Assembly (NCBI GenBank): GCA_002633005.1
Contig: NMRA01000466.1
Span: forward strand, 100,633 to 164,632
DNA length: 64,000 nucleotides
Direction: 5' to 3'
DNA from: Phoronis australis
Lineage: Eukaryota > Animalia > Phoronida
Shown here: piece by piece, positions 44,601-58,300 of the stretch
Layout: the number at the start of each line of letters is the position of its first letter
Position numbering within the stretch: position 1 is the first letter of the stretch
Translations under genes and position numbers: made by a program
Notes under the pieces: model-generated
Database searches by the model: none
What the model saw: the letters and a program-made list of their open reading frames with translations, nothing else
What the model was told of the DNA's origin: nothing

Positions 44601-47600
44601 TTTGGGTGATTTTAATTGTATTTTGTTGGTGAAAAATCATCCTAACCTCGCTTATTAGGTCTATTTCAGAAGCTATTAGCTCTTAAAACATCAACTGTTA
44701 TCAGTGTACCGTATAGCAATTTATTTCAACCAGTGATTTATTGCTGTAATATCATTACAAATGTAGTTACCGCCCTGTTCCTCACAAAATAACTTAAATC
44801 AATGCTCATGGCAAGAATAGGTGGTGGGTCAATGGTACTTGTACAATGAAAGGAACCAAAGAAATCATTGTTGCCATTCAAGGTCCTTTTTCTTACTAGG
44901 TGGCACATCTTGTAATTTGAAGCTGACCTGTGAGGAGACTGGGCGATATGACAGTTGGCCAATTGAGGATTCGGACTTTACACCGTTGGCGCCTATGTTC
45001 GTGGCTGGATGCAACTGCAAGGCATGTCCATCGGGATATGAGAAGAAATACGTTAAAAAATTTCTTATGAATATTTGTGTCAAGAAGAGTACCGATTGCA
45101 CAACCACTTCGACTACTGCGAGACCCACTACAACACCAAAATGTAAGACAAAATGGGTAATTTTAGCAAAGTTTCATAATTGTGACTGTGCGTTTACATG
45201 AAGGTGTCCTGGGTGACGCAGAAAGTAGAGACAAGTAAAGAACATTTAAGGTCCTCTGGCTGTTATACTTTAATCTTAAATGATCAAATGATTACGTTTT
45301 GTTAACCCAGTTGGGAACAATAGTACTCCTTGTTTTGTTAGAAATCCATAATATCACTTAATTGGTTAAAAGATACTGCAAATTTGAGGATCTATGTTTC
45401 AGTATTTATTTTTACGGTCTTTATGACCAAGGTTTGGCAAGCTCGTCTAAGTTGCATTTTCAAGAGAATTCTGAGAAATTTCATGAATTTTAGCTAAATA
45501 GCTAACAATATAGAACCTTTTCTATGCCCTGCTCTCTTTACTCACCATGTGATCCATGAGCACGTTAGTATATAATGCAATTAACAGGCTCAGCACATCA
45601 AGTAATACTCTGTTATGACCAGAATACAACCGGTCAGTTGATGTGGCCTTCTTTGTTAAAAGATTGGCTGCTGCCATACTCTCAGCTCATTGTCCTCCAC
45701 AATACAGAAAGCAGACGTTCTTTGATGTCATGCCAGCAGTGGATAAAAATGCAAACTGACCTAATTGAAGTTTGGTCTTATTTACACCTGGAAAAATAAT
45801 GTTTCAGTAGAAATTTGTTGGTAGTGACCACAAATTTTCAACCGGATCACACCTCAGATTTGCGTTTCAACCCTTAAAGAGTAATTCAAAAGTTTTCAGT
45901 GCCATTCATGTCCTGGAATGGTTCAACAGAAATGTGTTGATGTTGATAACCATTCTGCTAACTTCGTGTACAAACTGGAGTATGAGCCAAGAAATTGAAA
46001 GTTTAAGTTTCTTCTATAACAGAGAACACCGCACCACATCTGGTTGTTGGTGTACCGTATTCGCCGTAATTACCGCCTAGGGCCCTTAGAAAAGTTCGTT
46101 TCGGGGAAGGGGGCGCTTATTATAACCCAAGGCCGTTGAAACCCGTCTCTGAAACGGGTGAAATCGGAAGCTAAGATTCATTATATTTACGCTCTGTGAC
46201 GTATCTGTAATCTATGAAAGACTTGCTATCAAACTTTGCTGCTAAATTACGATCGTTTTACAGAAAATTGTGCTGAAATCCCAGGGCGAAAACTCGCCGA
46301 CTGCCTGCCTCGCAATCGTCGATATGGCGACTTGAATGCTTGAATAAAAATACAGTTTCGATTCAAGCAAATTACCTGAAATCCTCCTTAAGTTTTCCAA
46401 ATTTGGCGTCCCAAAGATTTTTAAGTTCCCATGGAGTCAGGATCACGGCAAGTTTAAGTACAAATCTGTGCTGATATCATGCTATCTACATGTATGATTG
46501 CCAACATGAGAAAAATGTCTGGATGAACACACATGTTTTTGTCACGTGACGTTTGTTTTGAAGTTGTCTGCGTTTGTGAGTAAGCGAGCGCATGCGTGTC
46601 ACCAGAGTTCATTTGCCAGAGCAGAGACCGTCTTTTGGCCAGAGCCACGAACTAGATGTGCATTGTATCTAAAGAAATTTGAACAAGCAGTAGGCCTAAA
46701 CCAGAGCGTGTTTCATTCAGCACTTGCCAGTCTCATGAGCTAAAAACCTTGGACATTTGTCTCGGTAAGGCCATATTAGTCGCCGAGTAGCTGGATGCAT
46801 ACGTGACTATCTGACAGTTATTTTTCGGTGTAAGGGTGTGTAAGCATTCACTGTCAGTGGTTGTTTTATCGGATATTTGGCTTAAAAACACCAATTATGG
46901 TTAATCAAACAATTCATTTTAAAAATAACGCAAACATTTTTTGTAGTATGAGAAACTGTCAGAAATTAGTGCGAATATTCATTTCTTGCCAATGATATGC
47001 TACCCGTTTCATGAATGGATAGTTCCCGACTAATGTCTTTGATGACAGGTTCATGTACGTAGCGCGCGCTTCCTGGCCACGTGCTTTTAACACTGGCTAA
47101 GCTGTTTATTAGTCTTCGATTCGCGATTTTCACGTGTAGGCCTACAAAGAAATTTGGATTCCTGTTGAAAGCGGGAAATATCTACAAAGCAATCCCGTAG
47201 ACAAGTACACCATTTCTGTTCTGAAAGGCCAGACCATTGGTCCTCGCAATATCAGCAGAACTTTTGTGTTCACTGTGAGGCATTGCGGAAGTTTGAAGTG
47301 TATATTCACGGCTAAATACCGACATAACGGCGAGGCTCGTGGTCTACAAATTCTGCGCACAATGATTTTTTTCAGGACTGTCGAATATTATTCATTGAAG
47401 ACGTTACTGTAGAATTTTAGGACTGTAGGTAAGGCATTTTTGGCACGTACACGTTCCTGAACTGGGCGCTTATTTTAGCAAAGTCTGAAAACGCGTGGGG
47501 GGAAAGCGCTTATAGGGGTATGGGCGGTTATTACAGCGAATACGGTAATGCTCATTTTAAAAGCGACTTTGAATAAATCATCTAAAGCTGCAGCCAATTA

Positions 47601-50600
47601 CCTGACATTCTCAACACACTCCCTATGTACCTGACTGTATATTTCAGCACATTAAAGGGTTATCCAGCCATCAGGCTTGGAGTTTTCCTCTTTTAAAAGG
47701 ATTTCCTCTTTTTGTTTCAATTTCCTCTTATTTGATTTCCAGTCTCCTCTTTTTTGTCTCTTTTTTGTCATTGTTTTGACTTTATTTTATTCATGCAAAA
47801 ACATTTTTTCAGTTAAATTTTTAATTTTAGAAAAATATTTCTATCATACAAGCCTATTTATTTGAGACATGATATACCACCTGAAACTTTTTCTTCCTTT
47901 AAATTTTTCATTGGTCATTCCAATCCTTGGACTTAACTGGAGTTTGATTGACTAATCACAGGTGTTATACCAGAGAAGTGCTATGTGAATGTATCCTGTG
48001 ACCAGCAGTTATCTGACAAGTTTAAAGCTGACTTGCCTGGGGAAGGCCTTGCCTACATTCTACTGTCTAATGAGTGTACAGAGGCACTGAAGTGTGGCTC
48101 ATGTGCTGCTGGAGCTAAAGCCGAGGAGAACAAATGTGTTCGGTTGCAGGAGAATTGCACAAGGTGCTATTGCAATAGCACCAACACCACATTGTCTGTA
48201 AGTGGCATTAGAAAACGCATGTTTTAACTGTTTTGAGTTATGAAACTTGGGTTACCTTATGCCGTGTGCATTGCGTCTTGAGTGCGCAGGTCAAATGGTA
48301 CAGCCCACTGCCTGACACGTCATATGAGCTATACTGTTGAGAATTCTCCAACTGGTCAAAAAGGTCCTTCTGGCTTATTAAAATTTTTGGTCCAATTATT
48401 TCTTTATATAATGTAGACATGCTTTTTGCATGTTACTGTGCGTGGTATGTTGATTGTGCCATGCAGGTGTTGACTTGTGTGGATGGAATTAAATCATTCT
48501 GGAACCAATGTTGCTTTGGTATCTGATGGACATCATCGAGACTAACATCTTGACCACTTGACCACCAAAAAGGCTCTCAACAGGTTACTCACGTTGCGTT
48601 ACTTCTCATGACGTGACGACGTGACCGTTCACGGAGATATGATTTGGTCACAAAGGCTATCTAACAAAAAATGAACCGGTGACATTTTGTGTCACAAGCA
48701 CCTTCTCATCCGAACACAGCTTCAATAAGCAGCAGAAAGCCATGTCACTGACTGTAAATCATTCCATTTGTTAAAACACCCACAAAGAGCTCATCCATGC
48801 CAGATCTTTAATTGTACCAATTTAATACAAAATACATGGCAGACAAATGACATTTAATTGGCTAATGTTTGTGTAAAATAATGCCAGGTTAATGCTTTTT
48901 TGTGTATATGATCTGAACCATTGCTACTTTCAGACAATATTTTGAAAATTTGTGGGCACTGACAACAATGTTAGACAGCCTTGAAAAATATGTATACATA
49001 AAATTATAATTTTAGCAATGTTTATTTTTGTCTGAAATGGGTGAGACTTCATCCAGAGTTCTGTGTATAAACAAAAGTCTATAATTACACTTTACATTTA
49101 CTTTTACTAAAGCTGTGTGCTATGTCCTCTGTCATGGTTGATTGATTTGCATGCTACCAAATGTGACTAAGTTTTTAATTTGTAATATTCAAATTTGTGT
49201 AATCCTACTGTTCTGTCGGAGAATGATTTATTGTTATCATTATGATGATGATTATTAATTCTCATTTTTGATCAGAAGTCACAGGTAGGTAGACCAAACC
49301 CAAACCTTTGAAAATAACCAACCCTTCTTTTCCCCGATTGCACCCCACTCCCTGCTCTGATAGACTGAGCTTTGGTGCACTTAAAGTTTGGATGGTGCAA
49401 TAATCTGTTGTTCTTTTGTGTCATAATTGCGGGTAAAGTTCACTGAATCTTCAAAAAATAAAATTGAAATCTTTTTTTCACTAAAATTTCATAGCAGAAG
49501 TTTCTGTTTTTCAAATGAGTTCAGTTTTCATTTGGGTTCTTAGGTTAAAATTTCCATATTATGCCAGATGAAATTTGTGATGACATTTTCAAATTGTATT
49601 AATACAATACATTCCACCTGTACATTCACTGAAGTTTCGGATGTTTTTCTCAGACATTTCTTCATTTTCCACACAGAATTACACTGGGTAACATCCACAT
49701 CTAATCAAAAGTGTAGGTTTTGTCATACATTTTTTGTCAAAATACTGTTGCTGGATTTTAGCTTCATCTGAAATGCTTCAGTGTATTGAATTTGCTTACA
49801 ACACTCATAACTGGTGGCTACTCACAGTTTGCTGGCTGTTATTGTGGGCCTAATGTACCTCAACAGAAGACTTGAAATTGAAGAGAATAAAGTTTTCCTC
49901 GTCCCACATTGGCTTGATTAGTTTTGCAGATTAAAGATTATACTTTTTGTCAGCATAATCAAATTGTTGGTTGATGATGTTGACGGTAAAATTTCTTCAT
50001 ATCTTTGAGAACTTTCGCTTTCTGTTCATACACTGGCGTGTTATAGCATATACACACACTGATCCTTTCCTGTTATTTCAAGTATTCTCGCAGTTGTGCA
50101 TCCTTAGAGGTGAAGAGCAGGCGTCTGTGTCTTGCTTGATCATCGTCTGCTCTTCAAAGTAGCCATAGCTGAAGATTGGTCTTTAACAAAACTTCAATTC
50201 GTTTCTGTTTAATGTTGAATTTTAGAGTATATTATTTCCATCTCTGTTATGTTGTTTCCGTCGAGTTATTCTTTGCTGTCTTTAATTTTGTGTTAACTTT
50301 GTTTTTGTGTTCCGTTTTTTTATTGAAATTTTTCAACATAAGGAAAGCAGTCATTCATTGCTGCACACCATTGAAGATCTTCGTGCAATTCCTGTATTTT
50401 CCTTGCAGTATTTTATCAGTGTTTTATGACTACTTCCATAGTGTGGGTACTGAAGTAAGCGAGTACAAGGTTAGCTCATATGTCCCCACAACTTTCTTAT
50501 TTGCTTTGATGTTGAAGAAAGCATGCGTGCACCTAGGGGGGGGGGGGNCCCGAAATGGGCACACAGGTCAGCCTCAGAGAAACGAAAAGTCCGAGAAAAT

Positions 50601-52269
50601 GAGACAAAAGTCCACTAAAAAGGCACGAATGCACAATTCATAGCTCTGAACGTGGTGCCCTCCTTTTTTAGTCCCATGTGTTTTCTTGTTACTAAAAGGT
50701 CCACATTGTCAAAAATTCGACCCCCCTGTATTTTATTCTGGGTGTGCGCATGGAAACATGATGCTTTTTGCTTCAGTACTTTACAAAATTATTTTGTTAA
50801 TTACTTCTTATATGTACTAACCAGAGTGAATGTCGATTGATTATTCTGAGATTTTTCACTTCTCTGGCAAGACATTAACTGATTTCTTCTGATACATAAA
50901 CCCAAGCCATTTTCCAGTTTGCATATCAAGTTTTCCCGACTTCGGTTAGCTCCAGGCAACTTCTTTGACCTTTGTACACTGTCCATTGCAGGATACTGAA
51001 CACTGTGACTTTATGGACAGCTGCAAGACCTGCGAATGCCTCTGGTCCAACTACACATACATCTGGGCCAACTGCAAACCTCTTCCTGGTTGCCAACCAA
51101 CAACCACTACAAGTAGGCCAACAACAACATTGTCATCTGCCACAAGTACTCCTACAACAGAAACTACTGTAGCCAGCACCACAAGGAGTACGGTGCCACC
51201 ACCAACAACAACACCTAATGGAACAATCCTAACAACACAATCGACATACTCAACAACATTGTCAACAACGCGACGACCAACAACAAGTGCTCCAGGTAAT
51301 CAAAGTAGTTTTCGTTTATCTTTGGTGTCTTGTAATATACAGACAAATGAGGTGTTTTTTAAGGTCAAGTTTGCAGATGTACTGTTTGTTTGACTTTTAT
51401 TCAACATTGAACCATTCATGGAAGGATAGTAGGAAAGTTAGGGCCAGAGAAGGAATGCAGTGTCTTAATGCTGAAATTTGGCTAACTTTGGAGTGTAAGA
51501 GTGTAATACTTTAAAAAATAGCTGGTAGGGCTCAAAGAAAACTATCAGATACTAGTATTTGTACACTGCTTTACCAAAGACTGTTGGTGAATTCTTTTTA
51601 AAGTGATCCACTGTTGCAAGAGGGATGTAAAAATGGAACTTTTATTATTTTCTTGAAAATGCTTTACAAAGCAGAAGTTAAAACGAAATTTTAGTTAAGA
51701 AATCTAACATCTTTGAGATAACATTTTGACAATTTATATCAAGCAAAACTTTGGTCATGGCGTTATTTTACTAAGTTTTAATACAAAGACATGGTTATGT
51801 CACCTGATTATTGGCAGATTAAATTCTGTAGACTTTAGTACTTTGTCAACTTGTATAGTTTTGAAGGTCATTACTGATGGTGTTACTGTTGATATACCTT
51901 AGTTTGTTGGTGAGTTATCAATACCATTTCTCTTGTCCTATGTGTAGAGCGCTGTACTGATCCTAAGCCAGCGTTGTATAACCCTGCTGTGAAGGTTTCG
52001 CTTGATGCCTCGTCGTACTGGAATGACTCCTACACACCAAATGCAGCCAACATGGATAACCCATTTGGCTGGCTGGCTGAACCTTCGGATCATTACCCCT
52101 ACTTGGAGGTGGTGTTCCGCGTGTCCGTCACTGTGTATGGTATCTTGCTGAAGGGAAGGAATTTGGGGAATCTGACCATGGAATACAGGAACAATGCTAG
52201 TGATCCGTGGATTACTCATGATTTTGTGAGTTTTCAAACATTTAAGATATCAATTTAGGTGTGCGCGCG

Positions 52270-52300
<31 letters not shown>

Positions 52301-55300
52301 CACACATGCATATAGCAAGGCTTGGAATTTTCCGCGGAAACGCAGATTTCCGCTTTTTTCAAATGTTCTGTTCGCGTATTTTATTATATTTTCGTGTAAA
52401 AAAAATTGGATTTGATATAAAATCTCCGCGGCAAATTTCTTTTTTACCGCGGCATTGCCGACGACTTTCACTTCGAAAAGCGGAAGTTGCTCTTTTTGTT
52501 TCGGAGGAACGTCAATTGTCAAAATTGACAGGGCATCTGGGATAGCTTGGTGGATTCTTCAATGGCGTCTCATGTGGTTGTAAACTGCGGTGACAAATAC
52601 TACTACTCTGCAGCCAAAAATGTTTGGAGGTGGGAGTGGACGGACGAGCTAAAAAGACGCAGATGCACGCTTCTGGAGGTGGTACCGTTTTTTTTTAGTC
52701 CTCCCGAATTTTGTCGGCAAAAGCTCTACATCGCCTATTTCAAGGCTGGGTGCGCGCATGTTTTGGGCCGTAAAAATTTCCGCTTTTTTGTCATTGGTCA
52801 TTCCTAGCCCTGATATAGGCCATCCATCTCGTGCTTTCAAAAATATCCTGCAGCTCACTGTGCAAACAGTTGATCTTAGACATTCAGGTAAATTTTGTAA
52901 CCTAACAACATGGATCACAATTCCTGAATACCGGTTTAGCTTGATTGTAAATATTAGCACGTCACAATCTAGATTTATGTCATACAAATTTTCCAAGTAA
53001 CTAGCAGTGATGAGCATAATATCAGAAGTTTTGTTGTAATTTTTCTTAAGTGAGATTTAATCATTTTCAGAAATGGTTGTGTGGAGTATAACAACAAATT
53101 TCTGTCTTATGTGTTTCGTTACGCTTCATGGCACAGAACCCTGATGTGTATAGTTGTCAGTAAATGCAACTAAAATTGGGTGGTAATTGTGTGCATTCTC
53201 ACCTAACAATGGTTTGCTATGCACATTATTCATCCAGTCACCATTTAAAAAGAGAGCCTCTTTTTAGGTTGTAAAAACAATGCATTTCAGGCTTCATCTC
53301 AGCGCAAACCATCATGATTTTTTGCATGAATTGTTATATTTATGCCTCAAATGCGTTGTTTTTTAAACATAAAAACAGGCTCCCTTCTAAAATGGCGACT
53401 GCGTGAATAATGTCTATTATGACTTTTGTAGGAACTGGCAGTTGTCAATGGTGAAGTAATGCGTGTAATCTTCAGCGATCAGTTTGCTGCCAAGTACTTA
53501 AGGTTCTCTCCTACAAAAGAAGTGCCTTTCTTGCCTGTTGGTTTCAACGTGGATGTGTTAGGGTGTTTCGACCTGAGTAAGATTTTTTTCTTTTCTAACG
53601 TACCTGTTGTATTATTGAAAATTCAAGCATGAAAATAAATATGTGCAGGCCAGTGACACCCTGTGTGTTGCGTGCGCCTCATCTGGGTGGCAAAGTGGGG
53701 TGACAAAACTATCCGAAATCTAATGCTACTGTCGAGTTTTATGTTGGAGTTTAGAATGTTTTAGAATTACTGTTTAAGGAAGTATGCAGTGTTAGTAACA
53801 ACTAATTCAGCTTATGTGATGAATTTTATGTTATTGCAGTGACGTTACTGTTAAATGGCTTTTAATGATTCACACAATATTTCAAAATGTTAGGCCCATC
53901 CCATCAGGCTTATAAGACACTGCTTACAATCGAACAAACACCCTTCACGTTTTACTATTTTTGATCTGAAATAGGTTTAGTAAACAAAGTAGCATCACAT
54001 TCATGTTGAATTTAACCACAAGGACACAAATGTGCTGTGGTGACATTGTCATTTTGATGTGCCACTCATACACATAGTATGTCATTTTCTGCTTATGGTT
54101 GGTCATGTTTCAGTTGTTGATATGCAAACTTTTTGGCAAAGGAGGGGTTTATGGACCTGAACAAAAAATCATGCGAATGCCTTTCTAGGCTGATTGCGAC
54201 CATTTGTCCTTTGAAAATCGTGGTTATGCCTCATAGAAACATTCTCAAGCAGCCAGTGTTTCTCATTACAAATTCAAGAACAGAGAAATGCCATTATACC
54301 AAAGAGATCATCTATTGGGGGAGGGGTTTAATCCCTCTGAACCAACCTCCTGTAGATCCACAGCTGTGTGTTGATTTCACAATATTTCATAGTTGTCAGT
54401 TATCAAAATGAAACCCTGTTTGTGTTTGAGTATCAGTGTAGTGTTTCAATCACTTTTGTGGTGTGTTTGTATTCAAGTGTTGTTGGTTTCTGTATTTAGA
54501 ATGTGAAGAAACTGGTAAGATCACGGTCAAAGGTGCGTGTGTGAAGACTTGTGAGGACATCGCTCTCGGCAACATTGAGTGTCCATCCGTCGTGGAAGAT
54601 GACCACGAGAGTTGCCAGTGTCCATTCGGTCAAGTTGTCCACAATGGCAAGTGCATTGATCCCAAGGAATGCCCATGTTACCACAATGGAAAATGGTACC
54701 AGGTGGGTGAAAGTCGAGCAATGTGCATTCTCTGGTTGTTCTTACATCTTCATGCACCCACATATACATATGTATATGTGGCTGCATCCTTCTTTTTCTG
54801 CTTCTGGCATCTGCTGCTGCAATTCCTAATTAAACCCCTTGTACGATCTTAATGTAAGTTAAAAGATATACTCCAATAGAGGTGAAGACTGACGAGGACC
54901 CATATTTTTTACCTAAGTTTGCCTCCATATTTTCGGATTTCTTCGGTGGATTTTTCCTAAAAAACCTAATAGAGGACGGCTTCGACGCTTCCCATGCACC
55001 TAGTGGAGTTTTTGGTGTTCGAGTCTATCTGCTAAACCACTGGTAGAATCATTTGACAGACGTGTTCCTATTGAGAACACAGTCGACGTTGATTTTGGGA
55101 CAAGGCCAACTACTGTGGCGTCCCATAGTGGCAATTTAGGTTTTCTTTCAGTACGTCTCAATGTCGATCAATTTCCTTGAGAGAGGATCTAAATGAAATT
55201 TGGCGAATATTAGTTTCTATGCATTGCTTCAGTACCCTCCCAGTTAGATGGCAGCTCACCAGGTGGCGAGACCAGCTCGTCCGGAAGTCAGCTGGCTTAG

Positions 55301-58300
55301 AAATGATAAACAAAATGTGGTTCAAATCCACAACATTGCGTGACTACGCTTAAAAATAGTTCTGTCAACAATGGAGCAATTTACTAGAAAGGGAAGCAGA
55401 GGAAGTTGTCAAAAGCAGAAATTGTGGCCTTGCATTGCTTTTGATGGCATCTGGTTACTTGATTTTGGAAATAACCTGACAGGATCTAAGGAATGAAATA
55501 AATTTGGCATTTTTGCGACTCTGGCAGTTATTTGTATCATTTTAGTGTCCGTTCTTACGCGTCTGCTTCCCTAACTACAAACTACTTGAAGAATGAGAAT
55601 ATTGAGTAAAGATCCCCTTTGGAACCAAAGGATCGTACCTTGATGTGCAAAGTGTACAGCCATTTCGTCCATATCTCACGCATTTAATTCACCACTGGCT
55701 GCGCCCTCTGTCTTTGTAGCATAAAACAAAAACAGTACTGGGAATTCTCTAATGTTGGGGGAATCCCGTAACAGATTGGAATAGACTGCTGGTAGATGAA
55801 GTCGCGGATCTCTGTTAAGGCTAGATCTGTGGTCTTTGATCTCTGTTGCCTAGTCTTGTATCCTGCACTTCCACTTCTCTGGGTGTAGACATAATATACT
55901 GACGTCCTCATCAGAAATCTGGTGAATGTAGATCATTCTTTACTCTGTATTTTCATGACTTAAATGGAACCCAGCAATATACTTAGTCTCACTTGAAGAA
56001 TTATCATGAAATTTCAGAAATGTGTTTCTATTTGGAGTGTATGGCCGATATTAACTTTTGAGCCTTATTTTTTTTCACCCTAGCACTTCTAGTGGCAAAT
56101 TTAGTTTCCTTTGCATAAGCTCGATATCGTATTCTGTCAAGTTCATTCATGAATCTTATTGAAATTTGGCATTATTGTGTGCTTTTATTGTGTTGATTTT
56201 TGGGTGGTTCTATCAACAACGATGCCCTGCAGTGATGAATTAGTTAGATCCAGCAAGGTCTTTAACAGACCTTCATTAAATTTGCCCTAATAAGTGCGGC
56301 ATGTAGATGTGTTTGGCATTTTCGGATGGATCTGACTTCCATGGAAATATTTGGAAAAACCAGCTCCATTTAATCTTTACATTTGCATTTCACACGGCGA
56401 CGGAGCGCATATCCATGCTGCTTCTATTTTATTGAAATCAATCTTCCTTGCGATGCCTGTTGATTGTCAAAGCTAGTGGGAAAGTTTTAATTAACTCGAC
56501 AGTTTACGTTAGTACTTTGCAGGTACCTATTTAATTTGGCGCTCTGCTATTCCAGACGAACGAAGTGTTTGATGAACCGGAAAATTGCAGAGAGGGCATC
56601 TGTCTCGGACACAAGCTGAAGTTTGATAGTTATGAGAATTTCACCGCGTGTGAAGGTATGGTTTAAGAAGCTTACCTATTTAGTCTAACAGAGAGTAAAG
56701 TCTGGGACATTGAGAATATTTTGATAAATGCTCAATTTAATTTCCTACTCATTTTTGACATTGAGTTTTTTGCAATCATTAGGCAAATATGACGAATTTG
56801 AAAACTGCCATATTCTTGGTCAACGTGGCTTTTTTGATTTTTGGTTTCACGTTAATGTCAAAGAAAACAATGAGAGAACATTATGGCGGTATGAAATCTG
56901 CTGATAAGTTGGTACTACTGAGGCTGATAATTATCTGTTATGTTTGTTTTGAGCTGTGACATGTGTGTTCATCATGTCGGGTGTTCCAGTTGAAGACAAT
57001 AGTGGGCCATTGTTAAAATGGTTTGTGGAAGTAGAGATTACCGTCACAGTATTACCCAGGGCTTGGAATTTTCCGCGGAAACGCGGATTTCCGCTTTTTT
57101 CAAATGTTCTGTCCGCGCATTTTATTATATTTCCGCGTAAAAAAAATCGATTTGATATAAAATGTCCGCGGCAAATTCCTTTCTTACTGCGGCGTTGCAG
57201 ATGACGTTTACCTCGAAAAGCGGAAGTTGCTCTTTATGTTTCGGAGGAATGTAAATTGTCAACATTGCCGGGGCATCTGGGATAGCGTGGTGGGATTTTC
57301 AATGGCGTCTCGTGTTATTGTAAACCGCGGCGACAAATACGGCTCTGCAGCCAAAAATGTGTGGGTTGGGAGTGGACGGACGAGCTAAAACGACGCAGAA
57401 AGGGGAAAGGTTCACATCGACCATTTCAAGGCTGAGTAGCGCGCATGATTTGGGCGGTAAAAGTTTCCGAGTTTTTCATCATTGGTCATTCCAAGCCCTG
57501 ATTACCACGCCATTAGGCTCATGGGTGTCTGTGCGGAACTGTGCTTAAATGCGAAACTTATATATAGGCACATGCGCCAACATGGGAACCACTGTAATAA
57601 AGACAGGCCATGAAAAAAGGCATTATTTCGGATTTCGGCCCGTGGACCTAAAGGCGTGACAATACGGTACTTTTTATGTTCGTTTATTATTGTCCGTTAA
57701 CCATTTTGTTGTTTTGTTAGCCAGTGTAGGTTACCGGTGGATAACTTGGTGAATAGTAATCTTTTTGGTTACTATATAACACTTTTTACAAAAACGTGTT
57801 CTTATTACAGAGGAGAAGAATGCCACTTGTAAGCCAGAGCAACAGACCCGTGTCATCGAGATAAACAACTGCACATCTTCTGAGAAGATCACTTACAATG
57901 TGTGTGCAGGGTCATGCTCCTCCAAGGCGGAGCTCACCTTTGGACTGGCCATGTTCAACATGGACTGTACTTGTTGTAAACCCACGCAGTTCTCCATGAA
58001 GACCGTCCAGCTGACTTGTTGTAAGTAGCCCAGGGTCTGAGCATCACTTGCCAAACTCGAGCTTGAGAAAATTTCCCAAGTATTACTATTAGTGATGCTA
58101 CTGATGTAGAAAGGGTCTTCTCTTTGTCGTTTGAATAACTTAGATGGGTTGCCCAGAGCCTTCTTATGGATTTAACCATTAAATCATTGACATGCCGTTT
58201 TTCCTTTCATAACTGTGGTTGAGCCTTCCTTGTGACATTCTAGATCTGGCAGTGGAATAAGACTCAGATCAGAAGGTTGTTCACCACCATGACGGTGTTT

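Noticed and set aside
50522-50752. Possible small hAT-like MITE around a poly-G run containing an N
   Set aside because: Short imperfect TIR, no clear TSD, and local base-call uncertainty
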